A stretch of 64,000 nt of DNA from Gemmatimonadaceae bacterium (GTDB lineage Bacteria > Gemmatimonadota > Gemmatimonadetes > Gemmatimonadales > Gemmatimonadaceae): the NCBI GenBank assembly GCA_045803545.1, contig JBJMOW010000005.1, forward strand, positions 1,184,001-1,248,000, in the 5' to 3' direction. The notes beneath the pieces are model-generated. The model saw only the letters and a list, made by a program, of their open reading frames with translations. It was not told the origin of the DNA and did not search any database. Below are positions 20,155 through 31,240 of this stretch, one piece after another. The translations under genes and the position numbers were made by a program. How positions within the stretch are numbered: the first letter of the stretch is position 1; each line of letters opens with the position of its first letter.

Positions 20155-20240
20155 CGCGTGTAGGTGAGCGTCTGCGATCGCTCTGGGGTGCGCATTTCGG
20201 ATTGAACCGAGTCAGTTCGGCGTAAACGCCGCTGACACTT
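20117..20240 (-). ncRNA. Candidate small structured RNA with intrinsic terminator
   Basis: Four consecutive hairpins on the minus strand ending in a 12-bp stem plus U8. An ECF-like GAAAC-N15-GTTG lies just upstream. It is antisense to both flanking plus-strand genes. Confidence 0.5.
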
Positions 20241-20325
20241 GATAAGACAACAAATAACCCGCGAAGGTTTCACGCTCGCTGCATTTTTACAGTGTATGGA
20301 AGCCTTCGCTCGACGGGAGATAACA

Positions 20326-20694
20326 ATGGCCGACTATTCCTATGTCACTCGCCTTGACGTCAAGTATCCGGCACTCGAGCTCATCGATATTGCGGCGGAG
20401 AGCAAGGCGGTCAAAGACCGCTGGTTCAATCAGACTCTCTGCAAAGTCAATGATTCAGTTGTGCGCATGGGTGTTGTGCAAGGCGAATATCACTGGCACA
20501 AGCACATCGATCTGGACGAGTTCTTCTACGTCGTCGAAGGCAAGTTCTACATCGATCTCGAGGATCGCGCCATCGAGCTGACCCCTCAGCAGGGGTTCGT
20601 CGTGCCGAGGGGGGTGACGCATCGCACGCGCGCTCCGGAGCGCGCTGTCATTCTGATGGTCGAGGGCGAGGAAATCGTGCCGACCGGCGATTGA
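20326..20694 (+). CDS. Cupin domain protein
   Basis: GEYHWHKH..LDEFFYVVEG and VPRGVTH motifs; GGGAG RBS. Confidence 0.9.
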   Translation: MADYSYVTRLDVKYPALELIDIAAESKAVKDRWFNQTLCKVNDSVVRMGVVQGEYHWHKHIDLDEFFYVVEGKFYIDLEDRAIELTPQQGFVVPRGVTHRTRAPERAVILMVEGEEIVPTGD

Positions 20695-22401
20695 CTACCT
20701 GGCGCCGAATCTTATGTCGTGCTCGAGCACGAGGGTCCCGGGAAGAACTATGCGCTCTTCGAGAGTGTTGTGTCCCGCCACCCCGACCTTCAGGGTGATC
20801 TGAGCACCGCGAGTGAAACCGCACATGAGATAGGCGCCGTCGCTATTGGTATCGGTCTCCACAGTCATCTGCCGATTGCTCGCGACCAGCTTCCCGTTCT
20901 GTTCGACCCATTGCAGCGGCCACGCCGCCCAGACGTGCGCGCGAGCGATTGGTTTGCCGGCAGCGTCACGGACGTAGCCCGCCAGCATGCCCTGCGACTC
21001 GGTGCCGGTGACGTTACGCCCGCATACCGATGCGCGCAGCGTAGCGTACGAGGGCACGATCAGGTACGCCTGGCCCCGACCACCGGCCGGAAGCGAAACT
21101 CCCTGCACTACGTTCGGCACATTGAGCAATCGAAGTCTCGGATGATCGAACACCACGCTATCGTCGACCGGACCATCAATGGCCAGGTCATAACGTCCGG
21201 CAGAGTTGGTCATCGCCTTGTAGCGACCACCGGCCGTCCACACCCGCACGTTCGCCAGCCCACTGTTGGCAGTGCTGTCGTAAACGAAACCGCTGATGAT
21301 TGTCTGACCGGCTGGCTCAGTTACCGCGGACGCATTCTTCGCTTGCGCGCCCTGCGTTGGACGCGGAGAACCCGCGGGACGCGCCACCCCTCCAACTTCC
21401 TGATATCCGATCAACGTATCCCGCGATGATACGCGCGGATCGCTCGATGCGATGTGTCCGAGGCGGGGCATTCTGATGTACCACCGTGGTACTATCCACT
21501 GACCACTCGGCAACTGGTCGAACTCGAGCCGGCCGTTCGTGCGCGCAACGCGCAGCGGAATCGGCAGATTCACATAGTCGAAATTGAGTGCTCGCAGGGT
21601 GTTGGTCTTGGGATCCATCCAGAGCACACCGGTCAGCTCCGGCATACCGCCGACTCTCGACGGCTTGAACTCCAGACCTGTGAGCCCGGTTTCGGCTCCA
21701 TAGCCGCGAATCGCGGCGAAGCAATGCGACCTCACGAACTGATCGGACACGAGTGATGCTGCGTCAGGCGCGCGGAAGACATCGGTGCCAGCCGCATCGT
21801 TGCGCTTGGTGGTATCGATTTGATCCCATGAAATCCCGACGACTGGACGCCGGCCGATTCGACTGCGTTGTTCTGCCCGCTCAGCCACCACCGCACCGTT
21901 AGTGTCGAGGGCGCGCTCGTATAGGTCGACGTCGAGCGGTACCAGTCCTTGCGCCTCGGTAAGCGCACTAGCGGTAAGTGCCTTCTTTATCTCCGACCAG
22001 AGGTCTCCGATCGCAGTGCCGGGACCGACCATCTGTTGACAGGAGTTTTCGTTGCGCACGAGCATCGTCGCAGGATTGCGCGCCGGCGCCATGCCAGCTC
22101 TCACGAAGACGGTCCGATCGACTACTGCCAGCTGCACCGACAACCAGCTCTCATAACCCACTTTGTCGGCTTTCACGCGGTATTGTCCGCGCGCAGGCGC
22201 GCGTAGATCGATGCGGCCGTTCTGGTCGCTGAAACCGCCGAATATCGGTATGGTGCCCGCGGAATCGAACAGGGAAACGTTCGCGCCGATAACGGGCTTG
22301 CCGGTACCGGCCTCCACTACTTCGACGTGCAGGTCTTGAGCGGACGCGTGCGCTGCGATGAGCGCGATGCCCGCGATCGGGAGAATGAGTTTGAGTCGCA
22401 T
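20695..22401 (-). CDS. Secreted protein with carboxypeptidase-regulatory-like (beta-sandwich) domains
   Basis: Signal peptide; three G.V.D...P...A.V / TD..G.Y-type modules. Confidence 0.7.
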   Translation of the reverse strand: MRLKLILPIAGIALIAAHASAQDLHVEVVEAGTGKPVIGANVSLFDSAGTIPIFGGFSDQNGRIDLRAPARGQYRVKADKVGYESWLSVQLAVVDRTVFVRAGMAPARNPATMLVRNENSCQQMVGPGTAIGDLWSEIKKALTASALTEAQGLVPLDVDLYERALDTNGAVVAERAEQRSRIGRRPVVGISWDQIDTTKRNDAAGTDVFRAPDAASLVSDQFVRSHCFAAIRGYGAETGLTGLEFKPSRVGGMPELTGVLWMDPKTNTLRALNFDYVNLPIPLRVARTNGRLEFDQLPSGQWIVPRWYIRMPRLGHIASSDPRVSSRDTLIGYQEVGGVARPAGSPRPTQGAQAKNASAVTEPAGQTIISGFVYDSTANSGLANVRVWTAGGRYKAMTNSAGRYDLAIDGPVDDSVVFDHPRLRLLNVPNVVQGVSLPAGGRGQAYLIVPSYATLRASVCGRNVTGTESQGMLAGYVRDAAGKPIARAHVWAAWPLQWVEQNGKLVASNRQMTVETDTNSDGAYLMCGFTRGAQITLKVGVAGHNTLEERIVLPGTLVLEHDIRFGAR

Positions 22402-22447
22402 AGTCTTTCTAAAGACGCGCGACCCCAGCCAGAGTTTTCCCTGAGTG

Positions 22448-22873
22448 TTACGGCTGGCTGCCTGCGCGCATTACCACGCTATAACGACTGATAACGTTGC
22501 AACCGGAAACCTGGGCGGGGGCAAACCGGTGCCTGGCCGCAAACCTCACGGCGTTGCGCACGAACTGAGGGTCGCTCGCGCCGAGGACCTCGACTGAGCT
22601 GGTGTCGGCGATGCCGTTTGGGAATACCACAAAATCGACGGCGACGCTATCGCCGGCGCGGACGCCTGCCGGCCGAGGTAGCATGTCACTCCCCACCAAT
22701 TGCGCGTTTGGGAGCGCGTCCTCCGATACGTACTTGGAGAGCGAGTCTCCCACCGCTGCGCAACGCGGGTCCTGCACAATTCCCGCATCGGTGGAGGTGG
22801 AGCGTCCGGCACAGGCAAGCGTCAGCGCCAAGAAAACAATGACCGGGCTCCTTTGCAGCATTTCGAATCTCAT
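22448..22873 (-). CDS. Lipoprotein with TonB C-terminal-like domain
   Basis: LTLAC lipobox; FVV.PNG.AD.SSVEVL...DP.F...A......RF.PA...GC.V pattern. Confidence 0.6.
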   Translation of the reverse strand: MRFEMLQRSPVIVFLALTLACAGRSTSTDAGIVQDPRCAAVGDSLSKYVSEDALPNAQLVGSDMLPRPAGVRAGDSVAVDFVVFPNGIADTSSVEVLGASDPQFVRNAVRFAARHRFAPAQVSGCNVISRYSVVMRAGSQP

Positions 22874-22882
22874 GGTCCAAGC

Positions 22883-24448
22883 CTAAATCGTCGCGTCTTC
22901 GCCGAACGTCGACTCAGTGCGATTGTACTTCGTGGATGATTTCGTTGCCGTTTCCTGCGTTGCGGCGGAGTTCTGTTCGCGTTTGCGCGCCGCGATCAAG
23001 TCCCGCAGCCAGCTCTCCACCCGCTCCGTCTTATCGGCGTCGAGAGATTCTTCTTCGTGCTGCACCGGCGAAGCCGCGCTTCCCCCGCTTTCCGCCAGCA
23101 ATTTCTGCAACATCGTTTCCCAGGAGCTGGCTTGGACGGACTCGCCGACGGAGCGCATCAGAAGCCAGTCTGCCAGATTCGCCGGACGATCGTACAACTG
23201 GACCTGGAACCGCAGCATGTCGCCGATCTGTTCAGAGAGAAAACGCACCGCGCCAGCAAGCGGGTGGCCGGCCAGAGTAACGAGCACGGCTTCCCGGTTG
23301 GTCACTTGCTCGACGCGAACCTGCACGTTGCCGCGCACGGGGAGCTTCATGGTGATGGTGCTGCTCTTCTCCAGAACCGTCGGCGTGTCGGGCTCCGCGC
23401 GCACATCCATTGTGAATGGCACCAGCTCGGCGAATCGCATCCTGAACCGGGCAAACAATTCTTCGGCGGTGAGCTGACTGCCGTCGATGTCCATCCAGTA
23501 GCGCTTTCTCTTGAAAGCGCCGACACCTTTCTCCGGAGTTTGTTCGGGCAAAGAGTCGGCGAGCTTGCGCAGCCCGCTATCGAGCGGCGTCGGTTTGATC
23601 TTGAAGACACCAGTTAGCGCGTTGGTGCCAGGCGTTTTGATCCAGTTACCCTCGGTGAGCATCGTCACCTGGCTTTCCGTCAGCGGCAATTTCACACCGA
23701 GCATGCTGGCTATAGTGACGCCGGCACTGGCGAGGAAAGTTGGAATCGGGAGTCGCGCCGGCTGGCGTCCGGTGATCTCACAGATTCGCGTCAGGACGTC
23801 GTTCAGCGACGTGCGCTCCTCGCCAGCGACCTCCAGAACTTGTCCGTGAAGATCGGTGCGCCTTATCGACTCGCCGATTGCTGTCGCCAGATCCTCGACC
23901 CAGATCGGCTGGAACTGGTGGTCTCCACCACCCACCACCGGTACCGCGGGGAGTGTACGTACCATCGTCAGGAGCAGCGATATGACGTCGTCGCCCGGAC
24001 CGTAGACGTTGCCGGGCCTCAGGATGATCCACCCCCCGGCGAACCCACGAACTACTTCCTCGGCGCGGCGTTTCGAACGGTGGTAGGGGGAGTTCCCCGT
24101 GTCGGCTCCGAGTGACGACATATGGATGAAACGGCCCACCTTGCACCGCTCTGCCTCGCGCACGATCAGCCGGGTTCCTTCGACGTTTACGAGCTCGTAG
24201 GTGCTGTCGGGCGGTGACTCCTCCATGATGCCCGCGACGTGGAGCACGAGGTCGCAGCCTTCCGCACACCCGCGCAGCGCGCTTTGGTCAGTGAGCGCGG
24301 CGGGCCACGCTTCGACACCTTCAGGCCAATGGGTGGCGACTTCCTCAGCGCCTCGACTGAGTAGTCGCACCGAGTGACCACAGCCAAGCAATTCAGTCAC
24401 GGCCGCCTGGCCAATGACGCCGGTTCCTCCTGTCACCAACACTTTCAT
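22883..24448 (-). CDS. NAD(P)-binding SDR (NDUFA9-like) fused to a DUF1990-like C-terminal domain
   Basis: GGTGVIG, YHRSK, ILRPGNVYG and FQPIWVED; extra C-terminal domain with TLAGHPLAGAVRF. Confidence 0.75.
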   Translation of the reverse strand: MKVLVTGGTGVIGQAAVTELLGCGHSVRLLSRGAEEVATHWPEGVEAWPAALTDQSALRGCAEGCDLVLHVAGIMEESPPDSTYELVNVEGTRLIVREAERCKVGRFIHMSSLGADTGNSPYHRSKRRAEEVVRGFAGGWIILRPGNVYGPGDDVISLLLTMVRTLPAVPVVGGGDHQFQPIWVEDLATAIGESIRRTDLHGQVLEVAGEERTSLNDVLTRICEITGRQPARLPIPTFLASAGVTIASMLGVKLPLTESQVTMLTEGNWIKTPGTNALTGVFKIKPTPLDSGLRKLADSLPEQTPEKGVGAFKRKRYWMDIDGSQLTAEELFARFRMRFAELVPFTMDVRAEPDTPTVLEKSSTITMKLPVRGNVQVRVEQVTNREAVLVTLAGHPLAGAVRFLSEQIGDMLRFQVQLYDRPANLADWLLMRSVGESVQASSWETMLQKLLAESGGSAASPVQHEEESLDADKTERVESWLRDLIAARKREQNSAATQETATKSSTKYNRTESTFGEDATI

Positions 24449-24507
24449 TCAGCCTTGCCCCTTATCTCAACGAATCGTGACGCGGACCTCCCCTTGGCCA
24501 TAGAGGG

Positions 24508-24522
24508 GCAGGTTGGGTGCCA
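24508..24522 (-). promoter_or_regulatory. Putative sigma54 promoter
   Basis: Minus strand TGGCACCCAACCTGC = GG-N10-GC, about 60 nt upstream of the SDR start. Confidence 0.5.
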
Positions 24523-24664
24523 TGCGCCGGCCATCGAGAGCAAAAATCAGTGACCGCCTGAGCTTTGGCCTCGTCTTTCGAGGAACGAAGGAGCTTCGCC
24601 GTTTGGGCTGCCTTTTCAGTTCACTCTATGGAACCAACTAGCCCAGACGCCGTGGGAGGAGAAG

Positions 24665-25759
24665 GTGTTGTCCAAAGCCGCTTGGTCAGTCGCCCTGCTA
24701 GCGCTCGCAGGCTGCGCCGTCAACAAGGATCCCTACGTGGTCGGTGCCGCCGGTCCCTGGAAGCAGGGTTACGGGCTGCAGAACCTGCAGGGCGTTCAAC
24801 TGGCTGTCGAAGACATCAACAAAGCGGGCGGGATCAATGGCCACACCATTCGCCTGATCACGCGCGATGATGATGGTGATGGCGCAACTGCCGCCAAGAT
24901 CGCGCAGGAGTTTGTAGCCAATCACGCCGTTTCCGCCGTGATCGGTCACGTCAATTCATCCGGGATGCTCTCGGCCGCACCAGTCTACGACGGCGAGCTC
25001 GCGGCAGTGGCGACCAGCGCCACCTCTCCCGATCTCACCGGCATTTCGAGCTGGGTTTTCCGCATCATCTCCAGTGATTCGCTGAACGGCATTGCCCTCG
25101 CCAACTTCGCATCGAAGTTCGGTCAGCGTGCTCCCGCCAGCGTATCGGTCCTTTACGAAAACAACACCTATGGCCGAGGGCTCGCTGACTCTTTCCGTCG
25201 CTCCTTTCACGGCGATATCCTGAGCCTCGATCCGATCGACGCCGACATCACGACCGCCGAGCCGTACGTATCGTATCTCAAGACACGCAAGCCGCGCATC
25301 GTGTTCGTCGCCGGTCGCGTCGCCTCCGGCCTCAAGATTCTGCAGGAAGCGAAACGTCAGGGATTCACCCCGATCTTCGTCGGTGGCGACGGCTGGCAGG
25401 GAATTCTCGCCGATACGTCGATCGCCGAAGGCACTTATATGGGCATGTCATTCACGCCGGCAGATCCATCGCCGAGTGCGAAGACTTTCGTTTCATCGTT
25501 CACCAAGAAGTTTAAGACGGCGCCCGACGCGCACGCTGCACTCGGTTACGACGCGACGATGCTCATCGCGCAGGCGCTGAAAGACAGAGGCCCCGACCGG
25601 CGCGGCATTCGTGACTATCTCCGCTCTCTAAATCGTGAGACCGCCTACCCCGGCCTGACTGGCCCCGCCTTCTTCGAGGACACGGGAGACCCGGTTGGCA
25701 TGCGGTTCAAGGTTTTCCGCGTGCACGACGGATCGCTGACCGTCGCGGAGGGCAAGTGA
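24665..25759 (+). CDS. Branched-chain amino acid-type (LivK-like) substrate-binding lipoprotein
   Basis: LAGC lipobox; [28 protein letters not shown] and GYDA motifs. Confidence 0.85.
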   Translation: MLSKAAWSVALLALAGCAVNKDPYVVGAAGPWKQGYGLQNLQGVQLAVEDINKAGGINGHTIRLITRDDDGDGATAAKIAQEFVANHAVSAVIGHVNSSGMLSAAPVYDGELAAVATSATSPDLTGISSWVFRIISSDSLNGIALANFASKFGQRAPASVSVLYENNTYGRGLADSFRRSFHGDILSLDPIDADITTAEPYVSYLKTRKPRIVFVAGRVASGLKILQEAKRQGFTPIFVGGDGWQGILADTSIAEGTYMGMSFTPADPSPSAKTFVSSFTKKFKTAPDAHAALGYDATMLIAQALKDRGPDRRGIRDYLRSLNRETAYPGLTGPAFFEDTGDPVGMRFKVFRVHDGSLTVAEGK

Positions 25760-27594
25760 GACTCCCCTTCAAGTTCCAGACGATCCGACAGGTTCTGGCC
25801 GTTGGATTCTCGTTGTTGATCGTGCTGCTGCTCGGTGCCGGCGCTGTCGGCTGGATGTCGATGAATCGAATGGCAGACCAGGTTTCGCAGACGCTGTCCG
25901 ACGCCCAGCAGGATGCGAAGCAGGCCTCCGATTTCTCCAACGTCGTCACCCAGGAAATTCAGGCAGCGAACACCTACCTCAGCGACCAGGACGCGAAATC
26001 AGACGCCGAGTTCCGTCGTCTGGGCTGGGAAGCGCATCGCCTGCACCGCGACTTTGGCTCGCGCCGGGATGCCATGGCCGAGCAAATCATTCGCACTGTC
26101 GCGATCGATACTACGCTGGCACGCGTTGAGGCGGCGTTTGCCCTTTCACACAGGTTGACCGACCTCGGCCGGCTCGACGAGGCGCACGCCGAAGCGCAGC
26201 GCGCGCGCAAGATGGTGCCAGGACTACTCGAACAGCTAACCGGACTGGAGCATTCGCGTGCGCAGCAGCTCGCGTCGATGTCCGCGGATTTGCGATCACA
26301 GGCAACGGCGCGCTCGAGACTGTTGGTGATAGTGATCAGCGTCGCCACTTTGCTGGCAATCATGATCGTAATTCGCACTGGCCGGGCAGTTGCGCGTCCA
26401 TTGCGCCTCCTGGTGAAGCACGCAGTTCAACTAAGCCACGGCGATCTGCAGCAGCGGACCGAGAGCGAAATGCCCGGTGAGTTCCGCACCCTGGCCGACG
26501 CAATGAATCACGCAACAATCGCATTGTCCCGCATCGCTGCGGGCGCGGCAAGAACGGCCGACGAGGTCGCACAGTCGGCGGCGGACCTCGCCTCTGCCTC
26601 CAAACAGATCTCGGCATCATCCGGCGAAGTCGCCGATGCGGTCGAGGAAGTTTCGCACGGCGCCGAGTCACAGGTGGCACAGCTGCGTCAGGTAAACGAA
26701 GCGCTGGACGGCATTCGCACCCGCGGCGATAACCTCGTCGGCGGCGCGCAGGAAGTGCACGGACTTGCCAGCGCGATCGAGGCGGAAGCAGAAGCCAAGC
26801 GCATCGAGATCGACCGCGCGTTGAAAATCCTGTTCGATGTTCGATCGATCGTCGAGCAGGCAGCTGCCCAGGTGCGCGAGCTGAACACCAGCGCCAGCGA
26901 AATCAACAAATTCGTCATTTCCGTCGGACGCATCGCGGAGCAGACCAATTTGCTATCGCTGAACGCCGCGATCGAAGCAGCGCGCGCCGGTGAAGCAGGT
27001 CGGGGCTTCGGGGTCGTTGCCAGCGAAGTGAGAAAGCTCGCCGATCAGACCCAGGCCGCTGCCGACGACGTCGTCAAGATGACTGACAGCGTCACCACGC
27101 GAGTTCTGGCTACCTCGAAGGCGATGGAGCAAGGCGTAACTCACGTCGGCGAGATCGAGCGCCTAAGCCACGATCTCGACAGCGCCCTGTCGACCATTCT
27201 CGCCGCCGCTGAGCGCACTCGCGCCGCTGCGGCAATGGTGACGACTGCAGCGACGGAGAACGCGCGCGCAGTCGACTCCGCGGCCGCGAACCTCAGTCTC
27301 GTTGCTCGCACGGCGGAGAGTCATGCGACCGCCGCTATGGAGGTCAGCGCCTCGACCGAAGAACAGAGCGCCGCTTGTGAGCAAATGAGCATGGCGTCGA
27401 CGCAGTTGTTCCACGGCAGCCACGCACTGCGTGATCTGGTGGGTGAGCTGAAGACCGACGGAGTCGTCGGCACGACGGAGATGCAGACGCCTGTCGCAGC
27501 GGAAGCGACCGCACCAGCCGAAGCGGACGCCGCAACTCCGCACCCGCGATTCACTCCGCCACACCCACAGCCGCCAGTCAAGAAGGTCGCGTAA
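25756..27594 (+). CDS. Methyl-accepting chemotaxis protein
   Basis: Two TM segments, HAMP, and [37 protein letters not shown]. Confidence 0.95.
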   Translation: MRLPFKFQTIRQVLAVGFSLLIVLLLGAGAVGWMSMNRMADQVSQTLSDAQQDAKQASDFSNVVTQEIQAANTYLSDQDAKSDAEFRRLGWEAHRLHRDFGSRRDAMAEQIIRTVAIDTTLARVEAAFALSHRLTDLGRLDEAHAEAQRARKMVPGLLEQLTGLEHSRAQQLASMSADLRSQATARSRLLVIVISVATLLAIMIVIRTGRAVARPLRLLVKHAVQLSHGDLQQRTESEMPGEFRTLADAMNHATIALSRIAAGAARTADEVAQSAADLASASKQISASSGEVADAVEEVSHGAESQVAQLRQVNEALDGIRTRGDNLVGGAQEVHGLASAIEAEAEAKRIEIDRALKILFDVRSIVEQAAAQVRELNTSASEINKFVISVGRIAEQTNLLSLNAAIEAARAGEAGRGFGVVASEVRKLADQTQAAADDVVKMTDSVTTRVLATSKAMEQGVTHVGEIERLSHDLDSALSTILAAAERTRAAAAMVTTAATENARAVDSAAANLSLVARTAESHATAAMEVSASTEEQSAACEQMSMASTQLFHGSHALRDLVGELKTDGVVGTTEMQTPVAAEATAPAEADAATPHPRFTPPHPQPPVKKVA

Positions 27595-27616
27595 ACGGCG
27601 ACCCGCGTCGGGCGGG

Positions 27617-30133
27617 TTAGGCTTTCGCCGCGCGCATTTCGCGGACTTTCGTTAGTAGCTGGTCGGGGCCGAAGGGTTTTTGCAGGAAGGCGGTCTCGCC
27701 CTTGAGTACGCCGCGCTTCATCACTTCGTCGTCGGTGTAGCCCGAAACGAAAAGCACATCGATGTCACGGTGTGTAAGGCGTAAGCGTTCGATGAATTCG
27801 GGCCCGCTCATTTCGGGCATCACCACATCACTGATCGCGAGGTCGATGCGGTGATGGTTTGCCGCCGCAAGCTCCAGCGCGTGCGCACCGCTGCGCGCCG
27901 CAAGGACCTTGTATCCTGCGCTGGCTAGAACGCGCTCGTACAGTATGCGCAAGGATTGGTCATCCTCTGCCAAAAGAATCGTTCCCGACCCGCGCACAAC
28001 ACCCTGCAGCGCGGTATGCGGCGGAGTGTTCTGTTTGACCGCATCGCAGCAGGGCAGATAGATGTCGAAACTCGTCCCGCGACCGGGTTCTGATTTCAAG
28101 GACACGTCGCCGCCGAGTTGTTTGACGATTCCGTACACGGTCGAGAGGCCAAGGCCGGTTCCCTTTCCTAGCGGCTTGGTGGTGAAAAACGGCTCGAAGG
28201 CACGCGCTTGGACCTCGGCTGACATGCCCGTCCCAGTATCGCTTACCGACAAGCATATGGCAGGGGAGTGAGCCAGCCCGGGCTGCAGCGGACCGATGTG
28301 CTCGCTCGCATTGGCGTTTGCGGTGCTTATACGCAGCACGCCACCATCGGGCATCGCGTCACGCGCGTTGATCGCGAGGTTTAGCAGCACCTGCTCCACC
28401 TGACCCGGATCAACGTTGATCAAGCCAAGGTCGCGCTGGAGACTGATCTCGAATTTGATGTCTTCACCGATCAGGCGACGCAACATTTTCTCGGTCTCAT
28501 TAACGACGTTATTGACGTTCGTCGGCCGAGGTTGAAGAACTTCCTTGCGGCTGAATGCGAGTAACTGCCGCGTAAGCCCCGATGCCCGTCTCGCGGCAGC
28601 AGTGATTTCGTCGACGTCCATCCGGCGTGGGTCGGTTTGCTCGAAGTCATCGTGCAAAAGTGCGCTGTAGCTCATGATGACAGTGAGCAGGTTGTTGAAG
28701 TCATGTGCGACGCCACCTGCCAGCTGTCCGATTGCCTCCATTTTTTGAGACTGAGCCAGCTGGGCCTCGAGCATTCTGAGCTCGGTCGTATCGACCGCGA
28801 TCAAGCCAACGGCGAAGGTATTTCCGTCACTCGCCCGAAGTGGGTAGTAGCTCACCATGATGTGACGTTTGGACATCTGTCCGACGTCCGTCGGCAAACC
28901 GGCATCGCCGGCGAGCTCTTTCTCGCGAACCGCGCTGCCCGTTCTGACAACTTCGCGGACTGAGCGCTCGATATGAGCCCCGAATTCCGGTGAGATGTCA
29001 CCGGGACTGCGTCCGATGTGCGATTCACTCGAGGTGCCGTACAATCCCGCGAAGGTGGAGTTGACCCGGATATAGCGGGCCTCGCGATCGAACAGCGCGA
29101 AGCCGACCGGCGCGGTAGCGAGAACGATTTCCAAAACAGTGAGCGCTTCCGCCTTTTCCTTCGTCGCGCGCTCCGCCTGCTCGCGCGCGCCTTCAGCGGC
29201 AAACCGCGATGCTCGCTCGGCGTCCGCGCGCGCACGGGCTGCTTCCTCCTTGACCACGAGGTTCACTCGCTCTTGTTCGGCAGTTTGTCGACGCTTGTCC
29301 GCCGCGTCCAGCAGCGCCGCCGTCGACCACACCACCGCTCCGAAGATCACCATCGTGAGCACCGCTGAGAACGCGTTCTGAGCGGCAAGACTGTATTGGC
29401 TCGTCCAGTCCTCGAAGACCCGCAGTCCGCCCAGCGCCAAGGGCACGAGGAAAGCGACCGGCAGTAGACGTCGGGCGAGCATCCCACCGGCATGCTCAGA
29501 CAGGAGCGTCTCTACCCATGTGCCATGCGGCGGTACAGCTAACGCGCCCACCGAGAGGAATACCAGTGCAATGGCAGTCGGAATCGCGATCTGAATTCCC
29601 TGGCCCAGACCAGCGGTTGGAATCGCGCCATACACATAAGCAAGCAGCGCCATTAGACCGAGGGCTGCGGTGGCGACCAAAACAAAAATCGAAGGCCGCC
29701 GGCCTTTGCGGGTGCGGTAGTCTAGGGTCACTAGTCCCAGCCCAAGCAGGACGAAGGCGCTGGAAGTCACCGCGGCCATGCGGCCGGGGGTCGCGGTATG
29801 TCCCCAGTCCTGCCTCGCGGGAAAAACCAGCTCGTCGATTCCGAGGTTTATAACAGACACGTACTCGGCAATCGTAAGCACCCCAATGCTGGTGACCAGG
29901 ATAGCGAGAACCGCCAACACCGGGCGTCGCCATGCCGCGCCGGCCGCCGTTCTCGGTCGCAGCAGCAGGCAGACTGCCGCCGACCCAAGTCCGATCGCAG
30001 TGTTGACCTTCACGGTTACCCGACCGGCGAACAACGTTTTCGCCGCGTCCATGTCAAACGCCCAGCCAACCAGAACGACGAGTGCCATTCCAAGAACTAC
30101 CCAGCCGGTCAGAATGGGGATCGTACTGATCAT
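27617..30133 (-). CDS. Hybrid sensor histidine kinase/response regulator (TM-PAS-HisKA-HATPase-REC)
   Basis: GGVAHDFNNLL, NLAINARDAM, DTGTGM, FEPFFTTK, GTGLGL and a receiver (EDD, SDVVMP, KP). Start uncertain; frame open to 30487. Confidence 0.9.
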   Translation of the reverse strand: MISTIPILTGWVVLGMALVVLVGWAFDMDAAKTLFAGRVTVKVNTAIGLGSAAVCLLLRPRTAAGAAWRRPVLAVLAILVTSIGVLTIAEYVSVINLGIDELVFPARQDWGHTATPGRMAAVTSSAFVLLGLGLVTLDYRTRKGRRPSIFVLVATAALGLMALLAYVYGAIPTAGLGQGIQIAIPTAIALVFLSVGALAVPPHGTWVETLLSEHAGGMLARRLLPVAFLVPLALGGLRVFEDWTSQYSLAAQNAFSAVLTMVIFGAVVWSTAALLDAADKRRQTAEQERVNLVVKEEAARARADAERASRFAAEGAREQAERATKEKAEALTVLEIVLATAPVGFALFDREARYIRVNSTFAGLYGTSSESHIGRSPGDISPEFGAHIERSVREVVRTGSAVREKELAGDAGLPTDVGQMSKRHIMVSYYPLRASDGNTFAVGLIAVDTTELRMLEAQLAQSQKMEAIGQLAGGVAHDFNNLLTVIMSYSALLHDDFEQTDPRRMDVDEITAAARRASGLTRQLLAFSRKEVLQPRPTNVNNVVNETEKMLRRLIGEDIKFEISLQRDLGLINVDPGQVEQVLLNLAINARDAMPDGGVLRISTANANASEHIGPLQPGLAHSPAICLSVSDTGTGMSAEVQARAFEPFFTTKPLGKGTGLGLSTVYGIVKQLGGDVSLKSEPGRGTSFDIYLPCCDAVKQNTPPHTALQGVVRGSGTILLAEDDQSLRILYERVLASAGYKVLAARSGAHALELAAANHHRIDLAISDVVMPEMSGPEFIERLRLTHRDIDVLFVSGYTDDEVMKRGVLKGETAFLQKPFGPDQLLTKVREMRAAKA

Positions 30134-30490
30134 CGGGTAAGCGTCACCGCCCGCCAGCAATCGCTCGGGATGCCCGACTCGACGCGCCGAAGAAAGCACG
30201 CCGGGACTGCTGCGTGGCGTGGCCTTTAGCGACAAAACTTCGTGTCGACCGCTCAAGTGACTGCCATCCTCCAAAACCGAGTGACGAGCGCGGCACGTTG
30301 AGTGGATAAGCGCTGGCAGAAAGACGACTGACGACGCGATCCGATTCTGGAAAACGAGATGTGGAAGAAAGGGACCCACCCGTTGTTCAGCATGGAGCCG
30401 CGGCCGCGCTGTCCAAGCCACTCGTCCCTGACGAATTGTTCGCCGCTTTGGAAGGCGTACTCTAGGCGCTCGTAAGGTAATTTTCACGGA

Positions 30491-31240
30491 GTGACCTCCG
30501 TGAATTATTCAGTGACCCCATCGGGCGCGCCGGCTGTCGTTCTGTTGAGCGGCGGGCTGGATTCCACAACCGTGCTGGCGATCGCGCAGAGCGAAGGCTT
30601 CGACGTCCATGCACTGAGTTTTCGTTACGGGCAGCGTCACGCTCTCGAGATCGAGGCCGCGAAGCGAATTGCGCACAAGGCTGGCGTAGGCAATCACCAC
30701 GTCGTCGACATCGATTTACGCGCGTTCGGCGGCTCCGCGCTAACCGCCAACATTCCGGTGCCAAAGGATCGCGACCTCGCATCGCGGCAAGTCTCGAGTG
30801 AGATACCCGTCACCTACGTGCCCGCGCGCAACACGATCTTCCTCGCGTACGCGGTCGCGCTCGCCGAAGTGATCGGGGCATCCACCATCTTCATCGGAGT
30901 GAACGCGCTCGACTACAGCGGCTATCCAGACTGTCGTCCTGAGTTCATCGAAGCGTTCATGAAAATGGCGAATCTGGCGACGCGCGCCGGCGTCGAAGGC
31001 CAAACCCGCCTCGATATTCGTGCCCCACTGATGTCTCTGACAAAAGCCGCGATCATCACGCTGGGAAAATCGCTGGGGGTCGATTACTCGCTGACCGCGA
31101 GCTGCTACGATCCTGGTCCCGGCGGTGAGGCCTGTGGGCGGTGCGATGCCTGCCAGCTGCGACTAAAGGGCTTTAGCGAAGCAGGCGTTGAGGATCCAGT
31201 CACCTATGCGAGCGCGCGCGGGGCCGGGGTCGCGCGATGA
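30491..31240 (+). CDS. queC: 7-cyano-7-deazaguanine synthase
   Basis: [22 protein letters not shown] and CGRCDAC motifs. Confidence 0.95.
   Translation: MTSVNYSVTPSGAPAVVLLSGGLDSTTVLAIAQSEGFDVHALSFRYGQRHALEIEAAKRIAHKAGVGNHHVVDIDLRAFGGSALTANIPVPKDRDLASRQVSSEIPVTYVPARNTIFLAYAVALAEVIGASTIFIGVNALDYSGYPDCRPEFIEAFMKMANLATRAGVEGQTRLDIRAPLMSLTKAAIITLGKSLGVDYSLTASCYDPGPGGEACGRCDACQLRLKGFSEAGVEDPVTYASARGAGVAR

Noticed and set aside
30134..30490. preQ1 riboswitch upstream of queC
   Set aside because: No preQ1 hairpin with an A-rich tail recognised.
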